From the NCBI GenBank assembly GCA_046484135.1, contig JAWOBU010000027.1, forward strand, positions 1-24,132: a stretch of DNA of 24,132 bases, written 5' to 3'. A program made the translations under genes and the position numbers. This document shows positions 8,398 to 16,464 of this stretch, one piece after another (within the stretch, counting starts at the first letter, position 1; every line of letters begins with the position of its first letter). The notes under the pieces are model-generated. The model did not search any database, had not been told where the DNA came from, and saw only the letters and a list, made by a program, of their open reading frames with translations. Source of the stretch: a bacterium (GTDB lineage: Bacteria > RBG-13-61-14 > DATKZS01).

Positions 8398-10499
8398 TGC
8401 GTATCACGCGGCTCGAGCTTAAAAGGTTCAAGCGGCATCACAGCTTCGAGCTGGAGCCGGCCCCCGGCCTTACCGTGATCCGGGGGCCCAACGAGTCCGG
8501 CAAGAGCACCATTGTCGAAGCCGTGCTCGCGGCCTTCTTTGTAGGCCCTACCGCGACAAAGGAGGCGGAGAGGACCACTGAGTGGGGAATGGACCAGAAA
8601 CCATGGCTGGCCATGCACATAGAGGACGAGCAAGGACCGGCCGTGATTGAAAAAGACTTTGAACGAAAAAAAAGCGCGGTCCGGTGCGAAGACAAAGTCA
8701 TATCATCCTCCAAAAAGGTAAACGACTGGATTGAAGAGCGGCTCGGGTTCGGCAGCTCCGAGCTGTTCCGGGCCACCGCCTGCATCTATGAAAGCGAGGT
8801 CTCCTTAGAACACCTCGATATGAAGAGCTCGACCGCCAAAGAAATACTTGACCGGCTCCAGGCACTGCTTACCGGAGCGGCCGGCGGCAGTCCTTCCCAG
8901 GTCATCTCCCGTCTTACGAAACGCTTAAACGACTTAAAAAGAGGTCCGACCAAGACGGTCCCCGAGGGCGGGCCTGTGTTTGCGGTCCGCAAGAAGCTGG
9001 AGAAGGCGCAAGAAGAGCTCGAGCGGACGCGGCAGAACCGGAAGCAGTGGGACCTTGCCGCGGCCGAGCTGGAGAGGCTGGACTCTCGCATCGGACAGGT
9101 CGAGTCCGAGAAAACCGAAATACAGTCGGCCATCGGCAACCACCGTCTTTACCTCGAGGCAGAGAAGAACCACCGGGACCTGGCAGAGCGCTTAAACCGT
9201 TTTTTGAAAGCGGAGGCCCTCTTCCGGGAGCTTCGGGAGATGGAAAAGGAGATAGCCGAGTTCGAAGGGTACGAACGGCTCGAACCCGCCCTCGCCCGGC
9301 TGAACGAGATCGAGGAGGAGAGGAAGTCCGGCGAGAACGAGCTTATGGTTTTAAGCTTTGACAAGTACGAGAACAAGGAGAAGATGTCCGGCTGGTCCGC
9401 GGCGCTGTTGCCGGCCGCGGCTGTAGCGGCCGTTGCCGGCGGCGCTGTTTTCGGCTTCCTCGAGTTATGGTGGCCGCTTGTTGCAGGGGCGGCTTCTGCT
9501 GTCGGGCTGGCCGGCTTGTACATTTTTCAGAGGACCAGGACGGCGCGGGGGGAAAAGAAGCGTCTTGCCAGGCTGGAGTCGAAAATTTCCGAGACGGAAG
9601 AGTCCATCAAGTCGCTGGAGACGGAGCTGTCCGGCTTGCTGGAGCGTTTTGGCAAGGACTCGGTAGAAGAGAGCCGGAAGAGCTTCCAGGCCTTCCGTGA
9701 GCTTCGGGCGGGCATATCCGACCGGCGGGAGCGAATCGCTGATCTGACGGGCGAAGGCATGACCGAGGATGACGTGAAGGCGCGCACCCGGGAGCTTTCG
9801 CTCGAGCTTCGCGGTGAAAAAGAGCGGATGGAGTCGCTTGAGCCTTTCCGCATTGCGGACCCGGTTCGTTACTCATCTTTGGAAGAGCAGTCGCGGAGGC
9901 TGGAGGATGAGTACCAACGGCTTTTGCAGGAGCGTTCCGCTACCGAGGCCCGGATGACCGCACTTGATTTTGACGCGGAGGAGCTGGCGGTCCTGGAGGA
10001 GGAAGAGTCCGCTCTTGCAGAGAGGCTTTCATACTGGGAGCGGGAGCTGCGGGTGCATGAGAAGGCGCTTCAGGTTTTGCAGGAGTCTTCCGACGCCATA
10101 GTGGAGCGGGCGGGCGAGGTCATCGAGAAAGAGGTTTCTCCATCCATCTTTGCTTTTACGGCGGGCCGCTACGAAAAGGTCAAGGCGGACCGCATGCTGC
10201 GTCTGTTTTTATACTCCTCCCGGCTTTCCGGCTGGATCGGCGAAGACGAACTCAGCAGCGCCACCCGCGAGCAGCTCCAGCTCGCCGTCCGGCTGGCCCT
10301 GGTAAAGCTGGTCAGCAAAGACAGGAACCCGCCGGTGATCCTCGACGATCCCTTCTCCCATTACGATCCGCAAAGAGTGGAAGCAGCCATGCAGGTGATA
10401 AAGGAGTTCTCGCAAACCTTCCAGGTGATCCTTCTTTCGCCGGACGACCGCTACAGCCCTTACGCCGACCGGGTCATAGAGCTCGGGCCGCCGGTGTGA
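8397..10499 (+). CDS. Rad50/SbcC-like (YhaN-type) coiled-coil ABC ATPase with central hydrophobic hairpin, about 700 aa
   Basis: Start reassigned to ATG 8397 (TGATG overlap; MRITRLELKRF). Walker A GPNESGKST, long coiled coils, signature region LSSATREQLQLAVRLAL, Walker B/D-loop ILDDPFSHYD. Two hydrophobic segments encoded at 9393-9527. Confidence 0.85.
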   Translation: MRITRLELKRFKRHHSFELEPAPGLTVIRGPNESGKSTIVEAVLAAFFVGPTATKEAERTTEWGMDQKPWLAMHIEDEQGPAVIEKDFERKKSAVRCEDKVISSSKKVNDWIEERLGFGSSELFRATACIYESEVSLEHLDMKSSTAKEILDRLQALLTGAAGGSPSQVISRLTKRLNDLKRGPTKTVPEGGPVFAVRKKLEKAQEELERTRQNRKQWDLAAAELERLDSRIGQVESEKTEIQSAIGNHRLYLEAEKNHRDLAERLNRFLKAEALFRELREMEKEIAEFEGYERLEPALARLNEIEEERKSGENELMVLSFDKYENKEKMSGWSAALLPAAAVAAVAGGAVFGFLELWWPLVAGAASAVGLAGLYIFQRTRTARGEKKRLARLESKISETEESIKSLETELSGLLERFGKDSVEESRKSFQAFRELRAGISDRRERIADLTGEGMTEDDVKARTRELSLELRGEKERMESLEPFRIADPVRYSSLEEQSRRLEDEYQRLLQERSATEARMTALDFDAEELAVLEEEESALAERLSYWERELRVHEKALQVLQESSDAIVERAGEVIEKEVSPSIFAFTAGRYEKVKADRMLRLFLYSSRLSGWIGEDELSSATREQLQLAVRLALVKLVSKDRNPPVILDDPFSHYDPQRVEAAMQVIKEFSQTFQVILLSPDDRYSPYADRVIELGPPV

Positions 10500-10536
10500 A
10501 TTAACATTTCCTGGACGTACGCAAACGGGCGGCGTC

Positions 10537-11826
10537 TTACATACTGCACGAACCCAGCCAGTCTTCCGGGTTGACCGGGTCCTGGTGGTGCCTGATCTCG
10601 AAGTAAAGCGACGGTCCCTGCATGGAGCCGGTGTCTCCTACCGTGCCCAGCACAGTGCCGGTTTTTACCTCGTCGCCCGTGCCCGCCCGGATGTCGGCGA
10701 GGTGGGCGTACACGGTGTAGAAGCCGTTGCCGTGGTCCACGATCACCATGTTGCCGTAGCCCCGGAACCACTTGGCGAACCGGACCACGCCGGGGGCCAC
10801 CGCTTTTACCGGCTTGCCGGCTGATGCCCCGATCTCGACGCCGTTTTGCATGGTTTCCGTGTTGAAGCGCGGATGGACCTTTTTGCCGAAGCTGACCCGG
10901 ATGGGACCGGACGCAGGATAGCAAAGACTGCCCCGGCGGGAGGCAAAACCCTTGGCCTTTTCCACGAGCTTAGAGGCCTTATCCATTAGCTGGTCTTTCT
11001 TTTGCTCCAGTTTTTGGATCATGCCCTGGAGCCTTTTCTTGCTGGCCTCGAGGTCGCGAAGCAGGGCCTGGTGCCGGCGGCGCTCCTGCCGTACGCTCTC
11101 CAGCATGGCCTGGAGCGACTCTTTTTCCTCTCGGCGCTGCTCCTGTTGTTCGGCGGTGGTTTTTTTCAGCTCGGCGTAGAGTTCTTTTTTATCTTTCAGC
11201 CGTTCCCGGGCTTTTTGCCAGTCCTGTAAAAGAGATGTGTACTCGTCGAGCTTTTTCTTGTCCGCCCGGAAGACCGCGTCCATGTAGCTCATGCGGCGGG
11301 AGAGGTCTGCGACGTCGGTGGCTGTAAAAAGAACGCGGGCCATGCCGGTCCTGGTAAAGCGGTAGTGGGCCCGGAGCCGTTTGTTCATCGAGTCTTGCAG
11401 GTCCCGGGCGCGGCGCTTCATTCTTTTTATATTCCGGCTTAGAAGGCGGGACTCTTCCTTGACCATGGTCATTTGCGATTCCAGCTTTTCGAGACGGTTT
11501 TTCGATTTCTGTAAGTTCTTTTGCAGGGCTTCCAGCTTGTCCAGGATATGTCCTTCGCGGGCCATGACATGGGAGAGCGCTTTTTTTTCCTCCTGCATTC
11601 GCGTGCGGACCTCTTGGAGCTTTTCCATGGAGTCGGCCTTCTCTTTTGCCGGGCCGTTTTCCGAGGCTTCCGGCGCTTGTTGCACAGCCGCCGGAAGGAG
11701 GACAACCGGAGCGTTTCCGGAGAGGGCATAAGCGAGGGCCACGGCTGGAGCGGCAATGCCCAACAGCCCCGCGGTCAGGATGAGCGTTACAGCGTATGTC
11801 GGACAGACCTTTTGTTTTTTCATCAT
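10537..11826 (-). CDS. envC: EnvC-family murein hydrolase activator (signal peptide, coiled coil, degenerate M23 domain), about 429 aa
   Basis: Start reassigned to ATG 11826 (ATGA overlap with the ftsX stop). N-terminal signal-like segment, long coiled coil, M23 domain QNGVEIGA...GYGNMVIVDHG...YAHL...LYFEIR lacking the HxxxD zinc ligands. Follows ftsEX. Confidence 0.85.
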   Translation of the reverse strand: MMKKQKVCPTYAVTLILTAGLLGIAAPAVALAYALSGNAPVVLLPAAVQQAPEASENGPAKEKADSMEKLQEVRTRMQEEKKALSHVMAREGHILDKLEALQKNLQKSKNRLEKLESQMTMVKEESRLLSRNIKRMKRRARDLQDSMNKRLRAHYRFTRTGMARVLFTATDVADLSRRMSYMDAVFRADKKKLDEYTSLLQDWQKARERLKDKKELYAELKKTTAEQQEQRREEKESLQAMLESVRQERRRHQALLRDLEASKKRLQGMIQKLEQKKDQLMDKASKLVEKAKGFASRRGSLCYPASGPIRVSFGKKVHPRFNTETMQNGVEIGASAGKPVKAVAPGVVRFAKWFRGYGNMVIVDHGNGFYTVYAHLADIRAGTGDEVKTGTVLGTVGDTGSMQGPSLYFEIRHHQDPVNPEDWLGSCSM

Positions 11827-12713
11827 ATCCTTAGAAAGTCCGATACCCTGCTCAGGCTTCCCATGGCCCCCAGGAGCGCGCCTCCGGCCACGATGGCCAG
11901 AAGCGCGGTTCCGGAGATGAACACTGGCGAGAACCCGGCGAAGACCCCCGGCCAGGTCGCGCTTTTCAAGGCCACCAGATAAAGTATCCACAAGGCCCCG
12001 ACTCCCAGGGCGGAGGTCACCAGTCCCTGCAGGATACCTTCCAGGACAAAGGGCAGCCGGATAAGAAGGTTGCTGGCCCCCACCAGCTTCATGATCCCGA
12101 TCTCCTCTTTTCTCGAGTACATGGTGAGCCGGATGGTGTTGGAGATGATAAACACCACCGCCACCACTATGAGCGCGCCCAACACGAGCACCGCCGCCCG
12201 CGCCACGCTCATGGCCGAGGAAAAGGAATCGAGCCAGCTTCCGCCGTAGTCTACTTCGGAGACCCCCTCCCATGATTCGATCTCGCGGGAGAACCGCCGC
12301 ACCCGCTCCACGTCTCGGGCCTCGTAGGTGAGCCTGATTAAAAAGGAGGCCGGAAGGGGGTTCCCCTCGATACCTTCCAGAAGATCGGCGTCTTCGCCCA
12401 GCATCTTTTTAAAGTCGCTCATGGCCTGTTGTTTGCTCACGTACTCGACGCTTTCCACCCCGGCCAGGGAGTAGAGCCGGGAGGAGAGCTCCTGTTTCTT
12501 GTCTTTGTTCACCGAGTCTTCGAGATAGGCGCTGACCTGGATTTTTTTCTCCCAGTAGCGGGTGAGGGCGTCCAGGTTGGCCGCGGTCAGCACGAACAGG
12601 CCCACGGTGAGGAAGGCCGCTGATATCACGGTGGCGGCCACTGCATGGACCATGAGGTTGGCCTTCAAGTCCTGGAAGGCGAGCCGGAACACGGTTCCCG
12701 CTTTTCTCAACAT
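11823..12713 (-). CDS. ftsX: Cell division permease-like protein FtsX
   Basis: Four predicted TM helices; VEYVSKQQAM, NPLPASF, ISNTIRLTMYSRKEEIGIMKLVGAS, PFVLEG. Confidence 0.95.
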   Translation of the reverse strand: MLRKAGTVFRLAFQDLKANLMVHAVAATVISAAFLTVGLFVLTAANLDALTRYWEKKIQVSAYLEDSVNKDKKQELSSRLYSLAGVESVEYVSKQQAMSDFKKMLGEDADLLEGIEGNPLPASFLIRLTYEARDVERVRRFSREIESWEGVSEVDYGGSWLDSFSSAMSVARAAVLVLGALIVVAVVFIISNTIRLTMYSRKEEIGIMKLVGASNLLIRLPFVLEGILQGLVTSALGVGALWILYLVALKSATWPGVFAGFSPVFISGTALLAIVAGGALLGAMGSLSRVSDFLRI

Positions 12714-13432
12714 GCCTGCTCTCCCAGGCCGGCGCGGGCCAGCCTTCCGGCGCGGACCAGGGACGACTCGTCCTCGTCGTCGGAAGCGATCCTGCCTTTC
12801 TCCAGTATGACGACCCTCCTTCGCATGTTCTCGATAAGGTTCCGGTCATGGGTGGCCAGGAGCACGGTGGTTCCCCGCGCATTGATCTCGGTGAAAAGCC
12901 GCATGATGTCCATGGTGATCTCGTAGTCCAGGTTGCCGGTGGGCTCGTCCGCCAGGAGGATCAAGGGGTCGGTTACAATGGCGCGGGCGATGGCCACCCT
13001 TTGCTGTTCTCCGCCGGAGAGCTTTAAGGGGTAGGTGTCGAGCTTGTGGTTTAAGCGGACCATCTTCAGGGTGAGCCAGACCTTGCGCTTTATTTCGTTT
13101 TTGGGCATTCCCAGGAGCTCGAGCACAAAGGCCACGTTCTGGAACACGGTCCAGTGGTTGATCAGCTTGAAGTCCTGGAAGACCACCCCGATCCGCCGGC
13201 GGAGGGCCGGGACGTGTCTGTCTTTTAAGCGGGTTACGTTTTTTCCCTCGATAAGTATCTGGCCGGTGGTGGGCCGGAGAGCGAGAAAGAGGAGCTTCAA
13301 CAGGGTGGTTTTGCCGGCGCCGGAGGCCCCGGTCAGGAGCAGGAACTCTCCTTTTTCCACCTTCAGGTTAATGTCGGTAAGGGCCTGGCAGTCCCGGCCG
13401 TAGGACTTGCTTACGTGATAGAGCTCGATCAT
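12707..13432 (-). CDS. ftsE: Cell division ATP-binding protein FtsE
   Basis: [52 protein letters not shown]; directly upstream of ftsX. Confidence 0.95.
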   Translation of the reverse strand: MIELYHVSKSYGRDCQALTDINLKVEKGEFLLLTGASGAGKTTLLKLLFLALRPTTGQILIEGKNVTRLKDRHVPALRRRIGVVFQDFKLINHWTVFQNVAFVLELLGMPKNEIKRKVWLTLKMVRLNHKLDTYPLKLSGGEQQRVAIARAIVTDPLILLADEPTGNLDYEITMDIMRLFTEINARGTTVLLATHDRNLIENMRRRVVILEKGRIASDDEDESSLVRAGRLARAGLGEQAC

Positions 13433-13516
13433 TTTTCCACTCCCGCTTCCGCATGGCTCAGGGCCTTGATTTCCGCTTAGTACCGCTTGCGCTGTTTGGG
13501 TTTACCGCTTTTGCTT

Positions 13517-14029
13517 CTATTCTTCTTCGTCCTCGTCTATCTCCTTGGAGAGGAAAGACAGTATGACCTCGTCCAGGCTCTTGTCGGATATGAGGTCCGA
13601 CCCGAAAATGTCTTCGTCTTTGAGTTCCTCGTCTTCGCTTATGGTGATGGTCTTGGAGGCCGGCTTTTCCGTGATCTCGGATGCCTGCTCCGGCGGGGGA
13701 GGCGCCTGAACGGGAGCCTCCTGCGATGCCGCGGCCTCGCAGGCCGCCTCTTCCTCCGGCGAAGGAGCCAGACCCAGGTGCTGGTCATGGACCCCTTTCT
13801 TAAGCTCCCGCAGCATGGTCTTGTGCTGCTCCTGCATCATCTCCCGGAGCACGTCCTCGAGTCGGTCAAACCCGATTATGTCGCTGTAATCGTGCTTTTT
13901 GCGGGCTATGATGTTCCCCTGTTTATATAGAAGGGTGATAATATGCGGGTTGTTGACCCCGCTGTCTTCCGTCTGAATGTGAAAAATCTGGCCCTTGTAG
14001 CAGATGTTGTGATTATACCCTGGAAGCAT
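13517..14029 (-). CDS. romY: RomY-like protein (in Myxococcus, the MglB co-GAP for the GTPase MglA); otherwise a conserved hypothetical protein
   Basis: Conserved-looking N-domain GYNHNICYKGQIFHIQTEDSGVNNPHIITLLY...MQEQHKTMLREL, Pro/Glu/Ala-rich linker, C-terminal LISDKSLDEVILSFL. This architecture and the position upstream of ftsE match my recollection of RomY. GAGG RBS present. Assignment is from memory, not from a search. Confidence 0.62.
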   Translation of the reverse strand: MLPGYNHNICYKGQIFHIQTEDSGVNNPHIITLLYKQGNIIARKKHDYSDIIGFDRLEDVLREMMQEQHKTMLRELKKGVHDQHLGLAPSPEEEAACEAAASQEAPVQAPPPPEQASEITEKPASKTITISEDEELKDEDIFGSDLISDKSLDEVILSFLSKEIDEDEEE

Positions 14030-14086
14030 TTTACCCTCTTGTCACCTCTTTTACGGCAACTTATACTCGCACATCAACTATTTGTT

Positions 14087-14115
14087 ATTTTAATTCAAGC
14101 CCGCGGCCTTGTCAA
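14087..14115 (-). promoter_or_regulatory. Near-consensus sigma70 promoter for the romY-like/ftsE/ftsX/envC unit
   Basis: Minus strand TTGACA (14115-14110), 17 nt spacer, TAAAAT (14092-14087), about 57 nt upstream of ATG 14029. Confidence 0.75.
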
Positions 14116-14181
14116 AGCCTTTCTCGCGTTAAAGCGGTCAACAAACGACTTTACATCGTGCTTGCCCTCCAAAGACTTTTA

Positions 14182-14279
14182 TCTCACGCAAAGACGCGAA
14201 GCCGCAAAGTTTTTTTGCACTAACATCAGGAATCATTTCGCAACGAACTCGAAAGAGGGACTTTTTTCAAGTCTTTGCG
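14182..14279. repeat. Degenerate REP/REPIN-like intergenic element (CGCAAAG units with an inverted copy)
   Basis: TCTCACGCAAAGACGCGAAGCCGCAAAG (14182-14209) has three 8-nt-spaced CGC(A/G)AAG units. CGCAAAGAC (14187-14195) is the exact reverse complement of GTCTTTGCG (14271-14279). Confidence 0.45.
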
Positions 14280-14332
14280 AAAGTCAGGCTCCGATTACAC
14301 TCTTACAGATTCCGGTTTTCGCTTTCAAGGCT

Positions 14333-15460
14333 TCAAAAGATTCTTTCTCCGTCTATAAACATGGTCTCCGGCACCAGGTCATCGCCGCAGATATAGAAAT
14401 CGGCCTTGTTGCCGGGCCTTAAGCTGCCGAACTCCGCGTCTATTCCCAGCACGCGGGCCGGGTTGAGGCTGGCCATGGCCGCGGCCTCGGCCAGGCCGCA
14501 GCCGGTATAGTCCATGTAGTTCTTGACGCCGCGGCAGAGCCGCAGCCGGGAGCCGGCGAAGCCTCCGCCCGGCATCCGGTTGGGTTCGTCCGGCCCTCCT
14601 TTCTCCATGCCCGGCAGGTCCATGGTTACAGAGTCGGTAATAAGCACCCGCCGGGCCAGGTGCTTGAGTCCGTGCACCATGCGTATTGTTTCCGGGTGAA
14701 GGTGGTAGCCGTCGCAAATGATCTCGACGCTGATCCGGTCGTCCACCAGTCCGGCGGCCGCGGGGCCGGGGTCGCGGTGGTGAAAGACCTTCATGCCGTT
14801 CATGATGTGGACCATGTGATGAGCTCCCAGCCGGGCGAACTCGTGCACCAGCTCGGGCTCTGCCGCGGTATGCCCCATGGCCGGGACCACGCCGTGTTCC
14901 TGGCATTCCCGGAGCAGGTCCCTGCTTCCCTCGATTTCGGGCGCAAAGGTTATCATACGGACCAGGTCGGAGTAGTCGCGGAAGACGCGAAGGTGGTCCC
15001 TGTCCTGCCGGTTAAAGGGTTTGATCCAGTCGGGAGGCTGGGCGCCTGCGGCCGCGGGGTTTATGAACACCCCTTCCAGGTGTACGCCGAGAGGCCGGGC
15101 GGCCGGTGTTTCCAGCTTCCGTCTGGAACTGACGGAGTCGAGGGCGGAGAGCCAGACCGGGACGGGAGCGGAGGCAAAGGTGACAAGATAGCGGGAAACG
15201 CCGGTCCTGGCCAGGTCTTCCGAGTCTTCTTTCAGGAGGGAAGGCAGGTTCTCCGGGTCGGGCAGGGCCGCCCTGCCGTGGGTATGGATGTCAATGAGGC
15301 CGGGCAGGAGGTACTTTCCCTTAGCATCCATGATCTTTTCGCCCCGGTCGGCTCCTGCGGCAAGTGATGTTATCCGGTCTCCGCGCACGTGAACGGTAAC
15401 GTCCTCCGCCACCCGGTCGGGCAGCACCACTCTTGCGCCGGTTACGGCAATCCCTTTCAC
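14333..15460 (-). CDS. nagA: N-acetylglucosamine-6-phosphate deacetylase (amidohydrolase family)
   Basis: LLPGLIDIHTHG, GVHLEGVFIN, TFAPE, MGHTAA, HIMNGM, ICDGYHL, LITDSV, FAGS, ASLNPARVLG. GTG start with AGGAGG RBS, overlapping the ROK stop (TAGTG). Confidence 0.85.
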   Translation of the reverse strand: MKGIAVTGARVVLPDRVAEDVTVHVRGDRITSLAAGADRGEKIMDAKGKYLLPGLIDIHTHGRAALPDPENLPSLLKEDSEDLARTGVSRYLVTFASAPVPVWLSALDSVSSRRKLETPAARPLGVHLEGVFINPAAAGAQPPDWIKPFNRQDRDHLRVFRDYSDLVRMITFAPEIEGSRDLLRECQEHGVVPAMGHTAAEPELVHEFARLGAHHMVHIMNGMKVFHHRDPGPAAAGLVDDRISVEIICDGYHLHPETIRMVHGLKHLARRVLITDSVTMDLPGMEKGGPDEPNRMPGGGFAGSRLRLCRGVKNYMDYTGCGLAEAAAMASLNPARVLGIDAEFGSLRPGNKADFYICGDDLVPETMFIDGERIF

Positions 15461-16464
15461 TAATCCTCCTTGTGCTCCTGCCGGTAAGGATGATGCTCGG
15501 GGGAGGCGTCAATACCGCGTTCCAGGAAAAAGGCGGCCGCGGGCCCCAACACCGCGGTCTCCTTGGTGAGCTCGGAGACGCGGAAGTCGGGAAGCTGGGG
15601 AATGGGGAAGTAGTAATGCCGGGTCCATTTAACCACTTGAGATATGAGCCGCGGCTCGGTGCGGCAGACCTTGCCCGCCATCACGATCATTTCCGGGTCC
15701 AGGACCTTCATCACGTTCGCGACCACCGCGCCGAAGCGGCGGGAGAACTCTTCGATCAGCTTTTCAGACTCTTCGTCTTCCCTGGCGGCCGCCTTGAAAA
15801 CGTGGCGGGCCGTAAGCTTGTCGCGTTTGCCGTGGACCGGTTTCAAGGCTTCGCTGTCATCGCTTAACGACTGCCGGGCTTTGTCCGCCAGCCCCTGGCC
15901 GGAGACCCACTCGCGGGCGCATCCCTGGCCGCCGCATACGCAGGGCTCGCCGAAAAGCTCGATGGTCATGTGTCCGAACTCCGCGGCAATATGGTGGGCG
16001 CCGCGCAAGAGCCGGCCGTTTATGACAATCCCTCCGCCCAGGTCGGTGCCGATGGAAAAAAGCACGAAGTTGTTGACTCCGCGGGCCACTCCGAAAACCG
16101 TCTCGCCCATGGTCTGCGCATTCACGTCGTTTTCCAGGAGCGCGGGCAGCTCGAACTCCTCTTCCAGCTCGGGTCCCAAGGGCACGCCGAAGAGCTCGGG
16201 CAGGTTGCCCGCGGCCACCAGCACGCCTTTTTCCGCGTCCACGATGCCGGGCACTCCAACGGCAATTCCCGCGGGCTTCAGCCGCTTTGTTTTTGCAGCT
16301 TCGACAAGGCCCTCGGCCATGTTCATGATCCGCTCTTTGACGGAGCCGTTCTCCCCCCGGGTGGCTGCTTCCAGGGGCGAGCGGATTTCCCCTTTCGAGC
16401 TTACCAGCGCGCCGGTCATGTGGGTCGCGCCCACGTCCAGGGCCATGACCCATGTTGTTCGCAT
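15460..16464 (-). CDS. ROK-family sugar kinase (no N-terminal HTH)
   Basis: ALDVGATH, VGVPGIVD, LENDVNA, SIGTDLGGG, AAEFGH, CVCGGQGC zinc motif. TGATG overlap with the polA stop. Confidence 0.88.
   Translation of the reverse strand: MRTTWVMALDVGATHMTGALVSSKGEIRSPLEAATRGENGSVKERIMNMAEGLVEAAKTKRLKPAGIAVGVPGIVDAEKGVLVAAGNLPELFGVPLGPELEEEFELPALLENDVNAQTMGETVFGVARGVNNFVLFSIGTDLGGGIVINGRLLRGAHHIAAEFGHMTIELFGEPCVCGGQGCAREWVSGQGLADKARQSLSDDSEALKPVHGKRDKLTARHVFKAAAREDEESEKLIEEFSRRFGAVVANVMKVLDPEMIVMAGKVCRTEPRLISQVVKWTRHYYFPIPQLPDFRVSELTKETAVLGPAAAFFLERGIDASPEHHPYRQEHKED

Noticed and set aside
9400..10150. Apparent shift to G-rich plus-strand sequence as a GC-skew switch or replication origin
   Set aside because: Explainable by Glu/Arg/Gly/Val-rich coding. 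No dnaA or DnaA-box cluster seen; a cumulative skew plot would be needed.
7249..10499. Assignment to a named SMC-based defence system such as Lamassu or Wadjet
   Set aside because: No effector, kleisin/KITE or JetD-like gene is present, and the context is housekeeping. It fits an Mre11/Rad50-like YhaO/YhaN pair better.
11827..12273. 149-aa N-terminal extension of envC in the 578-aa track ORF
   Set aside because: It overlaps ftsX in another frame. The signal peptide and ATGA coupling place the start at 11826.
13943..14422. 159-aa plus-strand ORF across the romY-nagA spacer
   Set aside because: It overlaps two real genes antisense and runs through a promoter and a repeat element.
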